The notes beneath the pieces are model-generated. The model was not told the DNA's origin. It did not search any database and saw nothing but the letters and a program-made list of their open reading frames with translations. The position numbers and the translations under genes are program-made. This document shows positions 29,449 through 39,346 of a stretch of 64,000 nt of DNA, piece after piece; within the stretch, counting starts at the first letter, position 1, and each line of letters opens with the position of its first letter. Location of the stretch: NCBI GenBank assembly GCA_046116545.1, contig CP175956.1, forward strand, positions 449,734-513,733, read 5' to 3'. The stretch is from Candidatus Moraniibacteriota bacterium. Lineage in GTDB: Bacteria > Patescibacteriota > Minisyncoccia > Moranbacterales > GCA-2747515.

Positions 29449-30423
29449 TTAGATATCTAGAAATATGTTATCTATCTCATATTCAACTAATTTTTGATCT
29501 ATTTTTTCTTGAAAGGCTATTCCCTCCATTATTAATCCTTGCATTTGAGCTAATGCAGCTATCATTGGAGTAACATCTGTTGCAACATTCTTATAGTCAC
29601 CATCCTTATAAATACTTGTAGCATATCGAAGTAAATATAAACCTTCTAAATGTATATCTAGCATATCTTCAGGAACATCTATTTCATTTAATTGGACTTC
29701 CGCTTTTATTGCATTCTCTGAAATGCCCTCAAATACCTTAAAATCTGTTGCTGACTGTGAAAAACTCCCCAACTGACTCATTAATTCATCTTGTACAACA
29801 CTGACAGATCTTTCAAAAAAGCCATCTGGAAAGCTAGACATAAATACGTACGATGTTTCAGTTAAATATTCTATTGCATCTTCTTTTAATTTTTCATCTC
29901 TCTTTTTTTCAGATAGCTTATCATAATCTTGTTCTTTAATTTTGACTTGATCCATGGAAATAGGGTCCACAGCATTCATGCTAACCTCTTTATCTATTGC
30001 GTCTGATATAACTTTTGAGAACTCTTCCGACGTAATACCCTCTTTTCCATCTTCTTGCGCATCGGCTAAATATGAAACTACATCTTCTGATATTTTTTTA
30101 GTTACATTTGAAGTTTGTAAATTACTTGACTCAAATACAACTGGCTTTTTCTTTTTTACTATTCTATCTCCAGGCGCAGCAATTAATGGATTATATCCAC
30201 TTTCAACTTCAACACCATCTGAATACCCATCTCCATCTGTATCAGCCTTTTTCATATCAGTTCCAAACATTTCTTCTTCAGCATTACTTAGTCCATCTCT
30301 ATCAAAATCCTCAAATAATGTAAAATTTGACTCATCTGCAAAAGTAAAAAAAGAAAAAGCACTTACAATAAGAATTGCAAATACTACAAACGACATGGTA
30401 TTATAAGAATATTTTTTATTCAC
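29449..30423 (-). CDS. Membrane-anchored protein with TSP3-like Ca-binding DxDxDG repeats
   Basis: DFDRDGLSNAEE...DTDGDGYSDGVEVESGYNP. Confidence 0.8.
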   Translation of the reverse strand: MNKKYSYNTMSFVVFAILIVSAFSFFTFADESNFTLFEDFDRDGLSNAEEEMFGTDMKKADTDGDGYSDGVEVESGYNPLIAAPGDRIVKKKKPVVFESSNLQTSNVTKKISEDVVSYLADAQEDGKEGITSEEFSKVISDAIDKEVSMNAVDPISMDQVKIKEQDYDKLSEKKRDEKLKEDAIEYLTETSYVFMSSFPDGFFERSVSVVQDELMSQLGSFSQSATDFKVFEGISENAIKAEVQLNEIDVPEDMLDIHLEGLYLLRYATSIYKDGDYKNVATDVTPMIAALAQMQGLIMEGIAFQEKIDQKLVEYEIDNIFLDI

Positions 30424-30582
30424 AATATTATTTTTATTTTTAACGTCTATATTATACCATATACTTTATTCCTTGCACAATTTTTCAATGTTTTACTATT
30501 GATTTTTCATACTTTCTATGCTATAATACATTTGTGTTAAGGGTGAGTTGTTTACTTTATGTAAACTGCTCATTTTTTTATT

Positions 30583-31812
30583 ATGTTGAAGCAGTTTATG
30601 CAAAATAAATACAAAATAATAATAAATTATATAAAAAAACAATACAAAATATTCTCTTTGCGCAAGAAATTATTTGTTTTTGCTATTATTGCAGCACCTA
30701 TAACATCAACTGGTGTTGGAATGACTTTATATATAGATAATTCTGCTGAAATAATTCAATCTCCAATCTTTGAAAGTGAACCTGTTCTAAACTTAGATGA
30801 ACTACTCACTATCCGATTTAAAGAATCAATTAGTGATTCTCAAAAATATGAAAGCATGATATCTACTTATCCATCCTCTACTCTATCTTTTTTTTGGAAT
30901 ACAGATAACACTATGCTAAAAATTATTCCTAAAACTATTTGGAAGCCCGCTACAACCTATTCAATATCTTTTCCGTATAATTCATATGAATATACTACAG
31001 AAAAATCTATCTTATTTTCTTTTACTACTGTCCCCTACCCATCTGTACTTAAAACTTCTATTGATAATTCAAATAATTCATATGCCACAGTTAACAGCTC
31101 AATTGATATTCTTTTAGATAAGGAAATTGATAAATTCAATATACAAGTTGTTACAAGGCCTTTTATTAAAACTGAGCAAAATTACAATCCCACTAATAAA
31201 ATATTATCAATAAAAATTTTGGACTTAAATCCTGCTGAAAATTTCAAAACATCCCATTCTCTTACAGTATTTGCAAATCACAAAAGACAATCTAAGGCTA
31301 GCTTCTATCCTATTTACTCTTCTACTTTTAATACTATTTTAGAAAAACCCTCATCTTGGCCTACTGCACACGCAGAAAGATTAACTCTCTCACAATCAAC
31401 AACTGCACCAAAAATAAAAAAAGGGAAGTATATAGATATAAATACGGAAGCTCAAATAACTACATTATTTGAAAATGGAGAAGGTGTTAAAAGTTTTGTA
31501 AATTCAACTGGAGCAGATGACACTCCAACCCCACTTGGTGAATTTGAGATTTATAATAAACATCCATATGCACTCTCAAATATGTTTCAAGTATATTTAC
31601 CATACTGGATGGCTTTTACAGAAGATGGCTTGTATGGTTTTCATGATCTAATTGTATGGCCAGAAGGTCATGAAGATAAACCAGAAGGTGGCAAAGAAAG
31701 CCTAACAAGTATAGGTAATGCTGTTTCTCCTGGATGTGTTCGTCATGATGCTCAAAATTCACAATTTATATATGACTGGACTGACGTTGGAACAAAGGTT
31801 GTCATTTATTAA
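30583..31812 (+). CDS. L,D-transpeptidase (YkuD) with N-terminal Ig-like region
   Basis: STG..TPTPLGEF, PYWM, GFH...SPGCVR catalytic motif. Confidence 0.88.
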   Translation: MLKQFMQNKYKIIINYIKKQYKIFSLRKKLFVFAIIAAPITSTGVGMTLYIDNSAEIIQSPIFESEPVLNLDELLTIRFKESISDSQKYESMISTYPSSTLSFFWNTDNTMLKIIPKTIWKPATTYSISFPYNSYEYTTEKSILFSFTTVPYPSVLKTSIDNSNNSYATVNSSIDILLDKEIDKFNIQVVTRPFIKTEQNYNPTNKILSIKILDLNPAENFKTSHSLTVFANHKRQSKASFYPIYSSTFNTILEKPSSWPTAHAERLTLSQSTTAPKIKKGKYIDINTEAQITTLFENGEGVKSFVNSTGADDTPTPLGEFEIYNKHPYALSNMFQVYLPYWMAFTEDGLYGFHDLIVWPEGHEDKPEGGKESLTSIGNAVSPGCVRHDAQNSQFIYDWTDVGTKVVIY

Positions 31813-31878
31813 AAATACTTCTAAACAAAAAAGATATCTTTAAAGATATCTTTTTTGTTTTTATAAAAATTATTATAG

Positions 31879-32799
31879 TCAACTTATGCTATTGTATATT
31901 TCTTTTAATATATCCGCTGATTTTTTAAGATTTTTTTGCTCAGCTTCTGAAAGCTCAACACATATCCGCCCTATTATACCCCCAGACCCAATGACAGCTG
32001 GCATGCTAAGACATACATCTTCAACTCCATAAACACCCTCCACTAAATGTGAAACTGGCAATACTGTTTTCTTATTATGCAAAATTGCATTAATTAAATA
32101 AGAGGCTCCTGCACCGATTGCATAATATGTTGATTGTTTTCCCTCTATTATTGTATAGGCTGCATTTTTTGCTTCTTCAAAAATCTCATCTTTATCAAAA
32201 TTATTCAATCTTGTACAAGTTCCTAGCTTCATATTTCCAATAGCCGCTGTGCTCCAAACTGGAAATTCACTATCTCCATGTTCCCCAAGTATATATGCAT
32301 GTATACTTTTTGGATTAATATCTAGTTTTTGACCTATCAAATGACGGAATCTAGCCGAATCAAGAAGTGTTCCAGTTCCCAATATTTGATCTTTTTTATC
32401 AGGAAACATATCAATTGCCAGTTTTGTAAGTACATCCACAGGATTTGTAACCATCACAAGCACTATATTAGGATTTTTTTCAAAAATCTGAGGTAGGATT
32501 TGCTTCATGATAGATGCATTTTTCTCAACAAGTTGCAATCGAGTCTCACCTTCTTTTTGTGCAACACCACATGTAATAACTACGACATCACTATTTGCAC
32601 AATCATCATATGTCCCAGTATGCACATCTGTATTTCCTACAAAAGGTACGGCGTGTTGCAAATCCATAACTTGTGACTCCACAAGTTTTTCATTTATATC
32701 AATAATTGCAATCTCTTGGGCAATCTCTCGCATCACAAGTGAATGTGCAATAGTAGATCCAACCATTCCAGCTCCAATTATAGTAACTTTATTTTTCAT
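31879..32799 (-). CDS. ldh: L-lactate dehydrogenase
   Basis: GAGMVG, GVAQKEGETRL (Gln, LDH-type), LDSARF, GEHGDS. Confidence 0.93.
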   Translation of the reverse strand: MKNKVTIIGAGMVGSTIAHSLVMREIAQEIAIIDINEKLVESQVMDLQHAVPFVGNTDVHTGTYDDCANSDVVVITCGVAQKEGETRLQLVEKNASIMKQILPQIFEKNPNIVLVMVTNPVDVLTKLAIDMFPDKKDQILGTGTLLDSARFRHLIGQKLDINPKSIHAYILGEHGDSEFPVWSTAAIGNMKLGTCTRLNNFDKDEIFEEAKNAAYTIIEGKQSTYYAIGAGASYLINAILHNKKTVLPVSHLVEGVYGVEDVCLSMPAVIGSGGIIGRICVELSEAEQKNLKKSADILKEIYNSIS

Positions 32800-32806
32800 A
32801 TTTTTT

Positions 32807-32842
32807 TGTTATGTAACATGCTACGTAACATACTACGTAACA
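32807..32842. repeat. Three tandem 12-bp palindromic units upstream of ldh
   Basis: TGTTATGTAACA TGCTACGTAACA TACTACGTAACA. Confidence 0.8.
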
Positions 32843-33043
32843 AGTACAGTTTTAATATTATTTTTATATAATAACATAGAATTAAAAACAGTCAGAATCA
32901 TTCGAGCCGCTTTTTTGCTAGATAATTGTCTAGCATCTGCATACACATTTCCAAATCACCTGCCTAGTGAGGTCTCTGCACTATTTTTGATTGAACAGAC
33001 ATAACTCAAAACAATAATGCATCACCTCGCACTCTTTGAATCT

Positions 33044-33964
33044 CTACTCATTAAATAATTTATTTATATTTCGTTGTAAAGCTTGATATCCAATATCCTT
33101 TTGTACTTCCTCCATCAACTTTTGATATTGTTTTTTACCAATTAATTCTTTTTTATCATTAAGTATGCTCGAAAGTAGGTCAATATTTTTTTTATATATA
33201 TCTACAAGTTTATCTTTTCCAATAACCTCAGCATATTTTTGAAATGATTCTAATTGCAATAAAGATTCTTCTAATAGTTGAATTTGGATGTGATGTGTTG
33301 CAAGAGTTTTATTTTTTCGTTCTACCCATAAATCCATAATATCTCGAATTGTTTTTCGATCTGCAATTAATATCACGCGAGGAATATTTGATTTTTGACC
33401 TTTGAAATCTTGTGATTCTGAATAAAAGTAATCCATTTTTGTGAGGTGTCCCGCATCAATATTTTGCTTCGTACGTTCTAATTTTTTATTAATTCCCTCA
33501 ATGCTTGTTGCAACATCAAACCCGAGTGCTAAATGTGCCACAAAATTCTTCTCATCTTCAAATTCAACCACCCCATCAACCCCATTAACGATATCATCAA
33601 ATGCTGTTGGAATAATTACTTGTGCATTTTCACCAAACCAAGCATTCATGTCAATTCCATCTAACACCATTGCTTCAAAAACTTTTCCCACCTTTTGATG
33701 CGTTTCCCAGCCAAAGGATTGTTTTATCTTACCATTATTAGCATCCTCAAATTTTTGTTTAAGCTTTGTTACATATGCCTGATCACGTTCAATGCGAGCC
33801 TTGTCGTATGGACCACTATCTGGATCATTTGTTTTAATAAAAATATCATATGGAATAGCATCTTTAAAAATATCGTCAGACATCTCTAATGCAGTAGATA
33901 ACTGTGGATATCCTTCAGGATCACGAGATTCAGGTTTTTTATAAGGATTTTCAAGGTTAAACAT
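33044..33964 (-). CDS. Hypothetical protein (possible PD-(D/E)XK-like fold)
   Basis: 306 aa; DDIVNGVDGVVEF...LGFDVAT. Confidence 0.7.
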   Translation of the reverse strand: MFNLENPYKKPESRDPEGYPQLSTALEMSDDIFKDAIPYDIFIKTNDPDSGPYDKARIERDQAYVTKLKQKFEDANNGKIKQSFGWETHQKVGKVFEAMVLDGIDMNAWFGENAQVIIPTAFDDIVNGVDGVVEFEDEKNFVAHLALGFDVATSIEGINKKLERTKQNIDAGHLTKMDYFYSESQDFKGQKSNIPRVILIADRKTIRDIMDLWVERKNKTLATHHIQIQLLEESLLQLESFQKYAEVIGKDKLVDIYKKNIDLLSSILNDKKELIGKKQYQKLMEEVQKDIGYQALQRNINKLFNE

Positions 33965-34138
33965 ATTTATAATATTATCAAATTAGCGTTTTTACGAAAA
34001 CGTACACTTACTATAATAAATTTATCATCTAATATCAACTTTTACTATACCTATGATATTAAATATTTCAAATGTATTCTTATTATTTACACACTTCGGA
34101 CTGTGTTTTTATTTTTGAATTCTAAATTAAGCCTTTCT

Positions 34139-34218
34139 TCACTTGAAAGTGGTTTTTTATTTTCAAATTCTGGATCAAGCATTGTCTCGGGACAAAATTT
34201 TTGTAAATATAATTTATC
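34139..34218 (-). repeat. Diverged 80-bp copy of the nrdG 3' region (34682-34761)
   Basis: 75/80 identical by manual alignment. Confidence 0.9.
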
Positions 34219-34376
34219 AATGACTCTTTTTTTAAAAAATAACCCTAACTAGTTAACTCTTTTTTTTCTTATTTCACATCTAGAAAACACTCTTTACAAA
34301 ACAATATTTTTATGTAAAAATATATATTCCACTTAGGAGACACTAGTTCATTTCTATTACTTTAGGAGGTTTTATT

Positions 34377-34562
34377 TTGAAAGAAAATAAATTTGAAATA
34401 TGGCAAGAGGCTACGCACAGTGCCTTACTTGATACTAGGCAGTGCCCCTGTGCCAGTGGTGATATTGAACATTGTTTTTTATCACTGCCTATTGAAGCAC
34501 AGACTGATTTATACGAGGATGATCCTGTAAACTGTTTTACGCAAATATACTTGAGTAGCTAA
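34377..34562 (+). CDS. Small Cys-containing hypothetical protein
   Basis: AGGAGGT RBS before a TTG start; 61 aa with CPC and two more Cys. Confidence 0.5.
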   Translation: MKENKFEIWQEATHSALLDTRQCPCASGDIEHCFLSLPIEAQTDLYEDDPVNCFTQIYLSS

Positions 34563-34614
34563 CCTCAGCTAAATAAAAAAACGATTGTTTATACAAATAA
34601 TCGTTTTTTCTTTA

Positions 34615-35322
34615 TTATTGTCTGATATGAACTTCTTGTATATTTGCATCTTGGAAAATCTGAATATATTTTTGCATTTTTTCACTTGAAATTGGTTTTT
34701 GATTTTCAAATTCTGGATCAAGTGTTGTCTCGGGACGAAATTTTTGTAAATATAATTTATCCGCACCACTTACCAACTCACTCATTTCTTTTATGATTTC
34801 TTCAGTATGTACACCCTCTATTACTGTTGTGCGAAATTCATATGGAACTGTTCCCTGTTTTAAAAATTCTATACTTTCTTTTATATTGTCAGGATTAACC
34901 ATTTTTCCAACCAAATTTTCATAATTATTTAAAGTTGTTTTCACATCCATTGCTATATAATCAATTAATCCATCGTTAACTAAGTCTTTCATTATATTTG
35001 GCAAATTTCCATTTGTATCTAATTTTACCAAAAATCCCATTTCTCGTACTTTTTGGATGAATTGTCGCAAATCTGGTTGTACAGTTGGCTCTCCACCCGA
35101 AATTACCACGCCATCTAATTTACCTCGTCTGCTTTCTAAAAAATTCAAAACTGCTCTTTCGGGGATAAAACTAGGGCGTAATTTTTTAATTTCTTCTGGT
35201 AAAACAAATTCTTTATTGTGACAAAAACCGCACCGCATATTACACCCTGGAGTAAATATGATTGCTGCTACTTTTTCTGGATAATCCAGCATGGTAAATT
35301 TCTGTACACCACTTATAAGCAT
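34615..35322 (-). CDS. nrdG: Anaerobic RNR activase (radical SAM)
   Basis: CNMRCGFC, SGGEPT, DTNG, YEFRTT. Confidence 0.93.
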   Translation of the reverse strand: MLISGVQKFTMLDYPEKVAAIIFTPGCNMRCGFCHNKEFVLPEEIKKLRPSFIPERAVLNFLESRRGKLDGVVISGGEPTVQPDLRQFIQKVREMGFLVKLDTNGNLPNIMKDLVNDGLIDYIAMDVKTTLNNYENLVGKMVNPDNIKESIEFLKQGTVPYEFRTTVIEGVHTEEIIKEMSELVSGADKLYLQKFRPETTLDPEFENQKPISSEKMQKYIQIFQDANIQEVHIRQ

Positions 35323-35404
35323 TGCTTGATATTTATATATTTATCAGTCTTCATGAATATGAATTTTCACAAAGACTGGATAATCACACAAATTTAGCTA
35401 TCTT

Positions 35405-35593
35405 TTAGTTACCAAATTTTTCTGTAAAATCATCATTTGCACAAGCACACTCTTGAAAATGTTTACGAGAATAATGTTCTGATTTTTTACCAGTATTAAA
35501 AAATGATACTGGGCGAAAATACCCCATTACCCTTGTCCATACTTCGCAACGTGTTCGCTCTCCTTCCTTCATTTGGATCTTTTGTGATACCAT
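35405..35593 (-). CDS. Stand-alone glycyl-radical domain of class III RNR
   Basis: CEVWTRVMGYFRPVSFFNTGKKSE matches the NrdD C-terminal RVxGY motif. Confidence 0.88.
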   Translation of the reverse strand: MVSQKIQMKEGERTRCEVWTRVMGYFRPVSFFNTGKKSEHYSRKHFQECACANDDFTEKFGN

Positions 35594-35635
35594 ATGTTTA
35601 TTTTTACTTAATTAATTATTTTTTATTAATAAATC

Positions 35636-37753
35636 TTATTTATCTGCCTCTGTGCTTTGATATCTTCCCCTAAACTCTGCATCACAATAACTTTTATTTT
35701 TTATTCCTATTTCTTCATCACATTTCGGACAAAAATCATATTCTCCTTTCAAATATCCATGTTTTGGGCATATTGAGAATGTTGGTGTAATTGTAATGTA
35801 TGGAAGCTTATAATTTGTCAAAATCTTTTTCACAAGATTTGCACAGGCCTCTCCAGAACTCACTCTTTCATTCATGTACCCATGTAATACTGTTCCTCCA
35901 GTATACATTGTTTGCAATTCAGATTGTAAATCTAGTGCTTCAAAGATGTCATCTGTATATCCTACTGGTAGCTGAGTTGAGTTTGTATAATACGGAGCTT
36001 CTTCTGTCCCTGCCTGTATAATTCCCTCGTATTGCTTTTTATCTTCTTTTGCAAATCTATATGTTGTTCCTTCTCCAGGAGTTGCTTCTAAATTATACAT
36101 ATTTCCAGTTTCTTCTTGAAATTCTGACATTTTTTCTCGGATAAACTCCATTGTTTCTTTTGCAAACTCTAACCCATATTCAGAAGCTATATTTTCTTTA
36201 TCATCTGTAAAGTTACGTATTGATTCATTTACTCCATTTATCCCAATTGTTGAAAAATGACTATCTAATTTGCCTAGGTATCGCTTTGTATATGGAAATA
36301 GTCCTCTATCCATCCATTTAGTAATAACAATTCTTTTCATTTCTAATGATGCTTTTGCTAGTTCCATTAAATGAGTAATTCTTGCAAAATAGGCTTCTTT
36401 ATCGCCAGCACAAGTTTTTCCAATTCTTGCCATATTTAATGTTACAACACCAATTGAGCCAGTCATCTCTGCAGAGCCAAATAATCCCCCACCTCGCTTA
36501 CGCAACTCCTTTAAATCAAGTTGTAACCTGCAACACATTGAACGAACATCACTAGGATCAAGATCTGAATTTATAAAGTTTTGAAAATATGGAGTTCCAT
36601 ATTTTGCAGTCATTTCAAATAATGGCAATACTTTTGAATCCTTCCAATCAAAGTCTTTTGTTATGTTATACGTTGGAATCGGAAATGTAAATGTACGCCC
36701 TTTTGAATCACCCAGCATCATTACCTCAATAAATGCTTTGTTTACGATATCCATTTCTGCTTGGAGTTCTCCAAATTTATGTGCAAATGGCTCACCTCCG
36801 AGAATTAGTGTTTTTTCTCTTAAATCATCTGGACAAACCCAATCAAGCGTAATATTTGTAAAAGGAGTCTGTGTTCCCCACCTTGATGGAATATTTAAGT
36901 TAAATACAAATGATTGGATATTTTGATATACATATTTATACAAAGTTTCTGAAACATAGCTTTCTTCATCTTTTTTTGTAGCAAAGTTCATGTTATATTT
37001 TTCGATTGCCTCTCGTATTTCATTTTCCTTTTTTTTCACAAATGGAGCTAAATATGTATCAAAACTAGAAAATGCCTGTGCTCCAGCCCACTCATTTTGT
37101 AATGTTCCCAGAAAATTAACCATTTGAGATACGGCACTTGTTAGATGTTTTGGTGGATTTGATTCTACTTTATTAGAAACTCCATTAAAACCCTCTTCTA
37201 GCAACGCTCGTAAGCTCCACCCAGCACAATAACCACTAAACATATCTAGATCATGTATATGTAAGTCAGCATTTCTGTGTGCTTCACCTATAGCCTTTGG
37301 ATAAATATGAGATAACCAATAATTTGCTGTAACCTTCCCTGCTGTATTTAGAATCATTCCACCCAGTGAATATCCTTGATTTGAATTTGCATTTACACGC
37401 CAATCTAATTGATCTAAATATTCACCAATAGTCTTATCAACATCCACCATTACATTTTTATCTTCTCGTGCCTCTGTCCGCTTCTGCCTATATAATATGT
37501 AGTCTTTTGCTACTTGTGGATAATTACTGTGTATTAAGGAGTCTTCTACAGCATCTTGTACTTCCTCCACTGAAGGAATTTCATCAGAATACTCCTCAGA
37601 AAGCTTTGTTTCAGCATATTTTGCTATTTTTTTTGCTTCCACTTTTTTTGTGGGATTTGAAGCTATAGCCGCTTTTTCTATAGCATTTTCTATTTTTTCA
37701 ATATCAAAATCAACAATTGTTCCATTTCTTTTTTTTATCTTATGAATTGCCAT
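35636..37753 (-). CDS. nrdD: Anaerobic ribonucleoside-triphosphate reductase (ATP cone, catalytic and Zn domains; lacks Gly-radical tail)
   Basis: IKKRNG ATP cone, HIHDL, SMCCRL, EATPGEG, CPKH..CPKC. Confidence 0.95.
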   Translation of the reverse strand: MAIHKIKKRNGTIVDFDIEKIENAIEKAAIASNPTKKVEAKKIAKYAETKLSEEYSDEIPSVEEVQDAVEDSLIHSNYPQVAKDYILYRQKRTEAREDKNVMVDVDKTIGEYLDQLDWRVNANSNQGYSLGGMILNTAGKVTANYWLSHIYPKAIGEAHRNADLHIHDLDMFSGYCAGWSLRALLEEGFNGVSNKVESNPPKHLTSAVSQMVNFLGTLQNEWAGAQAFSSFDTYLAPFVKKKENEIREAIEKYNMNFATKKDEESYVSETLYKYVYQNIQSFVFNLNIPSRWGTQTPFTNITLDWVCPDDLREKTLILGGEPFAHKFGELQAEMDIVNKAFIEVMMLGDSKGRTFTFPIPTYNITKDFDWKDSKVLPLFEMTAKYGTPYFQNFINSDLDPSDVRSMCCRLQLDLKELRKRGGGLFGSAEMTGSIGVVTLNMARIGKTCAGDKEAYFARITHLMELAKASLEMKRIVITKWMDRGLFPYTKRYLGKLDSHFSTIGINGVNESIRNFTDDKENIASEYGLEFAKETMEFIREKMSEFQEETGNMYNLEATPGEGTTYRFAKEDKKQYEGIIQAGTEEAPYYTNSTQLPVGYTDDIFEALDLQSELQTMYTGGTVLHGYMNERVSSGEACANLVKKILTNYKLPYITITPTFSICPKHGYLKGEYDFCPKCDEEIGIKNKSYCDAEFRGRYQSTEADK

Positions 37754-37909
37754 ATTTATTTTAAATAATATCAGTTAACTACTAGTAATATCTTATTTTT
37801 TAGAAAAGAAAAAAGCAAGAATTATTTATGTTCTTACCCCTACCTATTTTAAAGTATAAACCTTTTCAAAATACTATGCAATAGCAACATATCCACAGGA
37901 TATGCATGT

Positions 37910-37925
37910 ATACCATATGTTGTGG
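37910..37925 (-). promoter_or_regulatory. Candidate NrdR box
   Basis: CCACAACATATGGTAT, about 12/16 to acaCwAtATaTwGtgt, upstream of nrdD; DnaA-like box ATATCCACA at ~37889. Confidence 0.4.
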
Positions 37926-38045
37926 TTTTTGAAAGAGGTCTACCACTACTAGTTTTTCAAAAGCCTAAATTTTTTATCTAAAAATATATTATATAAATCA
38001 ATATTCATCATGATTTGTCAAGTGCAGATTATCAATTTATATATA

Positions 38046-38738
38046 TGTTCCACGTGGAACAGTCTTAACTATACCTCCTAAATAGCTCTATAATTATTTT
38101 TCTTTAACTTTGTTCCACATGGAACAAAGTCTCTTGCATTACATTAATTTGCCCATGACATTCAAAATTGTTCTACGTGGAACAATCTCCTAATTGATTT
38201 ATCTTACAAAGTAATACCAATCCATGTTCCATGTGGAACATTTTATTGTTTACACTGTATTTTCTGTTCAATTTTTATAAAATTTTGTTCTACGTGGAAC
38301 ACCTCAGTGCCATTCATGCGCTCTCATTTAAATATTTGCACTCTGTAATGTTCCACATGGAACATTATACGATTTTCTGAGTTACTGAGTAGCGTTTTTA
38401 CATAAATTGTTCCATGTGGAACAATTTACCAGTTTTCTCCTATAATATGATCATTAGTTTACTACTAGATGTTCCACATGAAACATCTTCTTATTTCTAT
38501 TATCGTAATAGTCAAACTTGGTATTTAATAGTTCTACGTGGAACAAGTACATTATCTTACTCTTTTTCCTTAATTTATATTCCAAACAACTATTTTAATT
38601 CTATAAAGACATCTTTTACATTAAATGTTCCATGTGGAACATTATTAATAGGGAAGTATGTTTAAAAGTTCCACGTAGAACATCTCCCTTATATTTTTTA
38701 AATGAGATTATATAACTTGTATAGTTCTACGTGGAACA
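38046..38738. repeat. Array of 12 parS-like 16-bp palindromes (TGTTCCACGTGGAACA)
   Basis: Copies start at 38046, 38111, 38169, 38225, 38286, 38349, 38408, 38470, 38530, 38626, 38667, 38723; they match the bacterial parS consensus TGTTNCACGTGAAACA. Confidence 0.88.
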
Positions 38739-38765
38739 TATACATATATTTTTATTTATAATAAC

Positions 38766-38794
38766 TTGACATATTAGTATAAATATGGTATAAT
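38766..38794 (+). promoter_or_regulatory. Consensus sigma70 promoter (tRNA-Arg/rbfA/nrnA)
   Basis: TTGACA-17 bp-TATAAT with extended TG. Confidence 0.8.
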
Positions 38795-38878
38795 ACTTGT
38801 ACGACGTACAGTGCCGGAATTCTATGGTTGTATTATACGTAGTTTTATGCTACATTTATTAAACAATTTAGTGTAAAT

Positions 38879-38950
38879 GTCCCGGTAGTTCAATGGATAG
38901 AACAAGTCCCTCCTAAGGATTAGATAAAGGTTCGACTCCTTTCTGGGACA
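38879..38950 (+). tRNA. tRNA-Arg(CCT)
   Basis: Cloverleaf, anticodon loop CTCCTAA, GTTCGACTC. Confidence 0.93.
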
Positions 38951-38975
38951 CATTATATAATTAAACATAACCATC

Positions 38976-39302
38976 ATGAGTGATAGAATGCGAAAAGTTA
39001 ATTCCGTTATCCAACGAGAGATGTCTGAATTAATTATGAAGAAAGTTGATTTTAAGCCTGGTGTTTTTGTAACTATTTCCAAGGTTGACACTACTAGTGA
39101 TCTCATGTATACTCGTATATTCGTTCGAGTATTTCCCCAAAAAGATATTAATTATTCAATGAAGACACTCGAGCATGAAAGAATTGCCATGCAGAAATTA
39201 TTACATAAAAAACTACATTTAAAAGTTTTACCTAAAATATCATTTATACATGATCAAGGAGGTGATGATATTGATGAATTAGAAAAACTTTTGCAACAAT
39301 AA
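38976..39302 (+). CDS. rbfA: Ribosome-binding factor A
   Basis: RMRKVNSVIQRE, VTISKVDTTSDL, PKISFIHD. Confidence 0.9.
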   Translation: MSDRMRKVNSVIQREMSELIMKKVDFKPGVFVTISKVDTTSDLMYTRIFVRVFPQKDINYSMKTLEHERIAMQKLLHKKLHLKVLPKISFIHDQGGDDIDELEKLLQQ

Positions 39303-39346
39303 TAACTGTGATGGCATAATACCTAAAATATTTTCACTGATTCATT

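Noticed and set aside
32890-33040. Slightly GC-richer intergenic stretch, possible small RNA or pseudogene
   Set aside because: Only one short hairpin (GCTAGA/TCTAGC) and no coherent frame; insufficient support
34139-34761. DGR template/variable repeat pair
   Set aside because: The five mismatches are not confined to adenines on either strand, and there is no reverse transcriptase in the window
38414-38665. 83-aa ORF
   Set aside because: Chance frame through the parS repeats
38046-38738. CRISPR array
   Set aside because: Repeats are only 16 bp, match parS, vary between copies and are irregularly spaced at the end; spacers are AT-rich like intergenic DNA; no cas genes in the window
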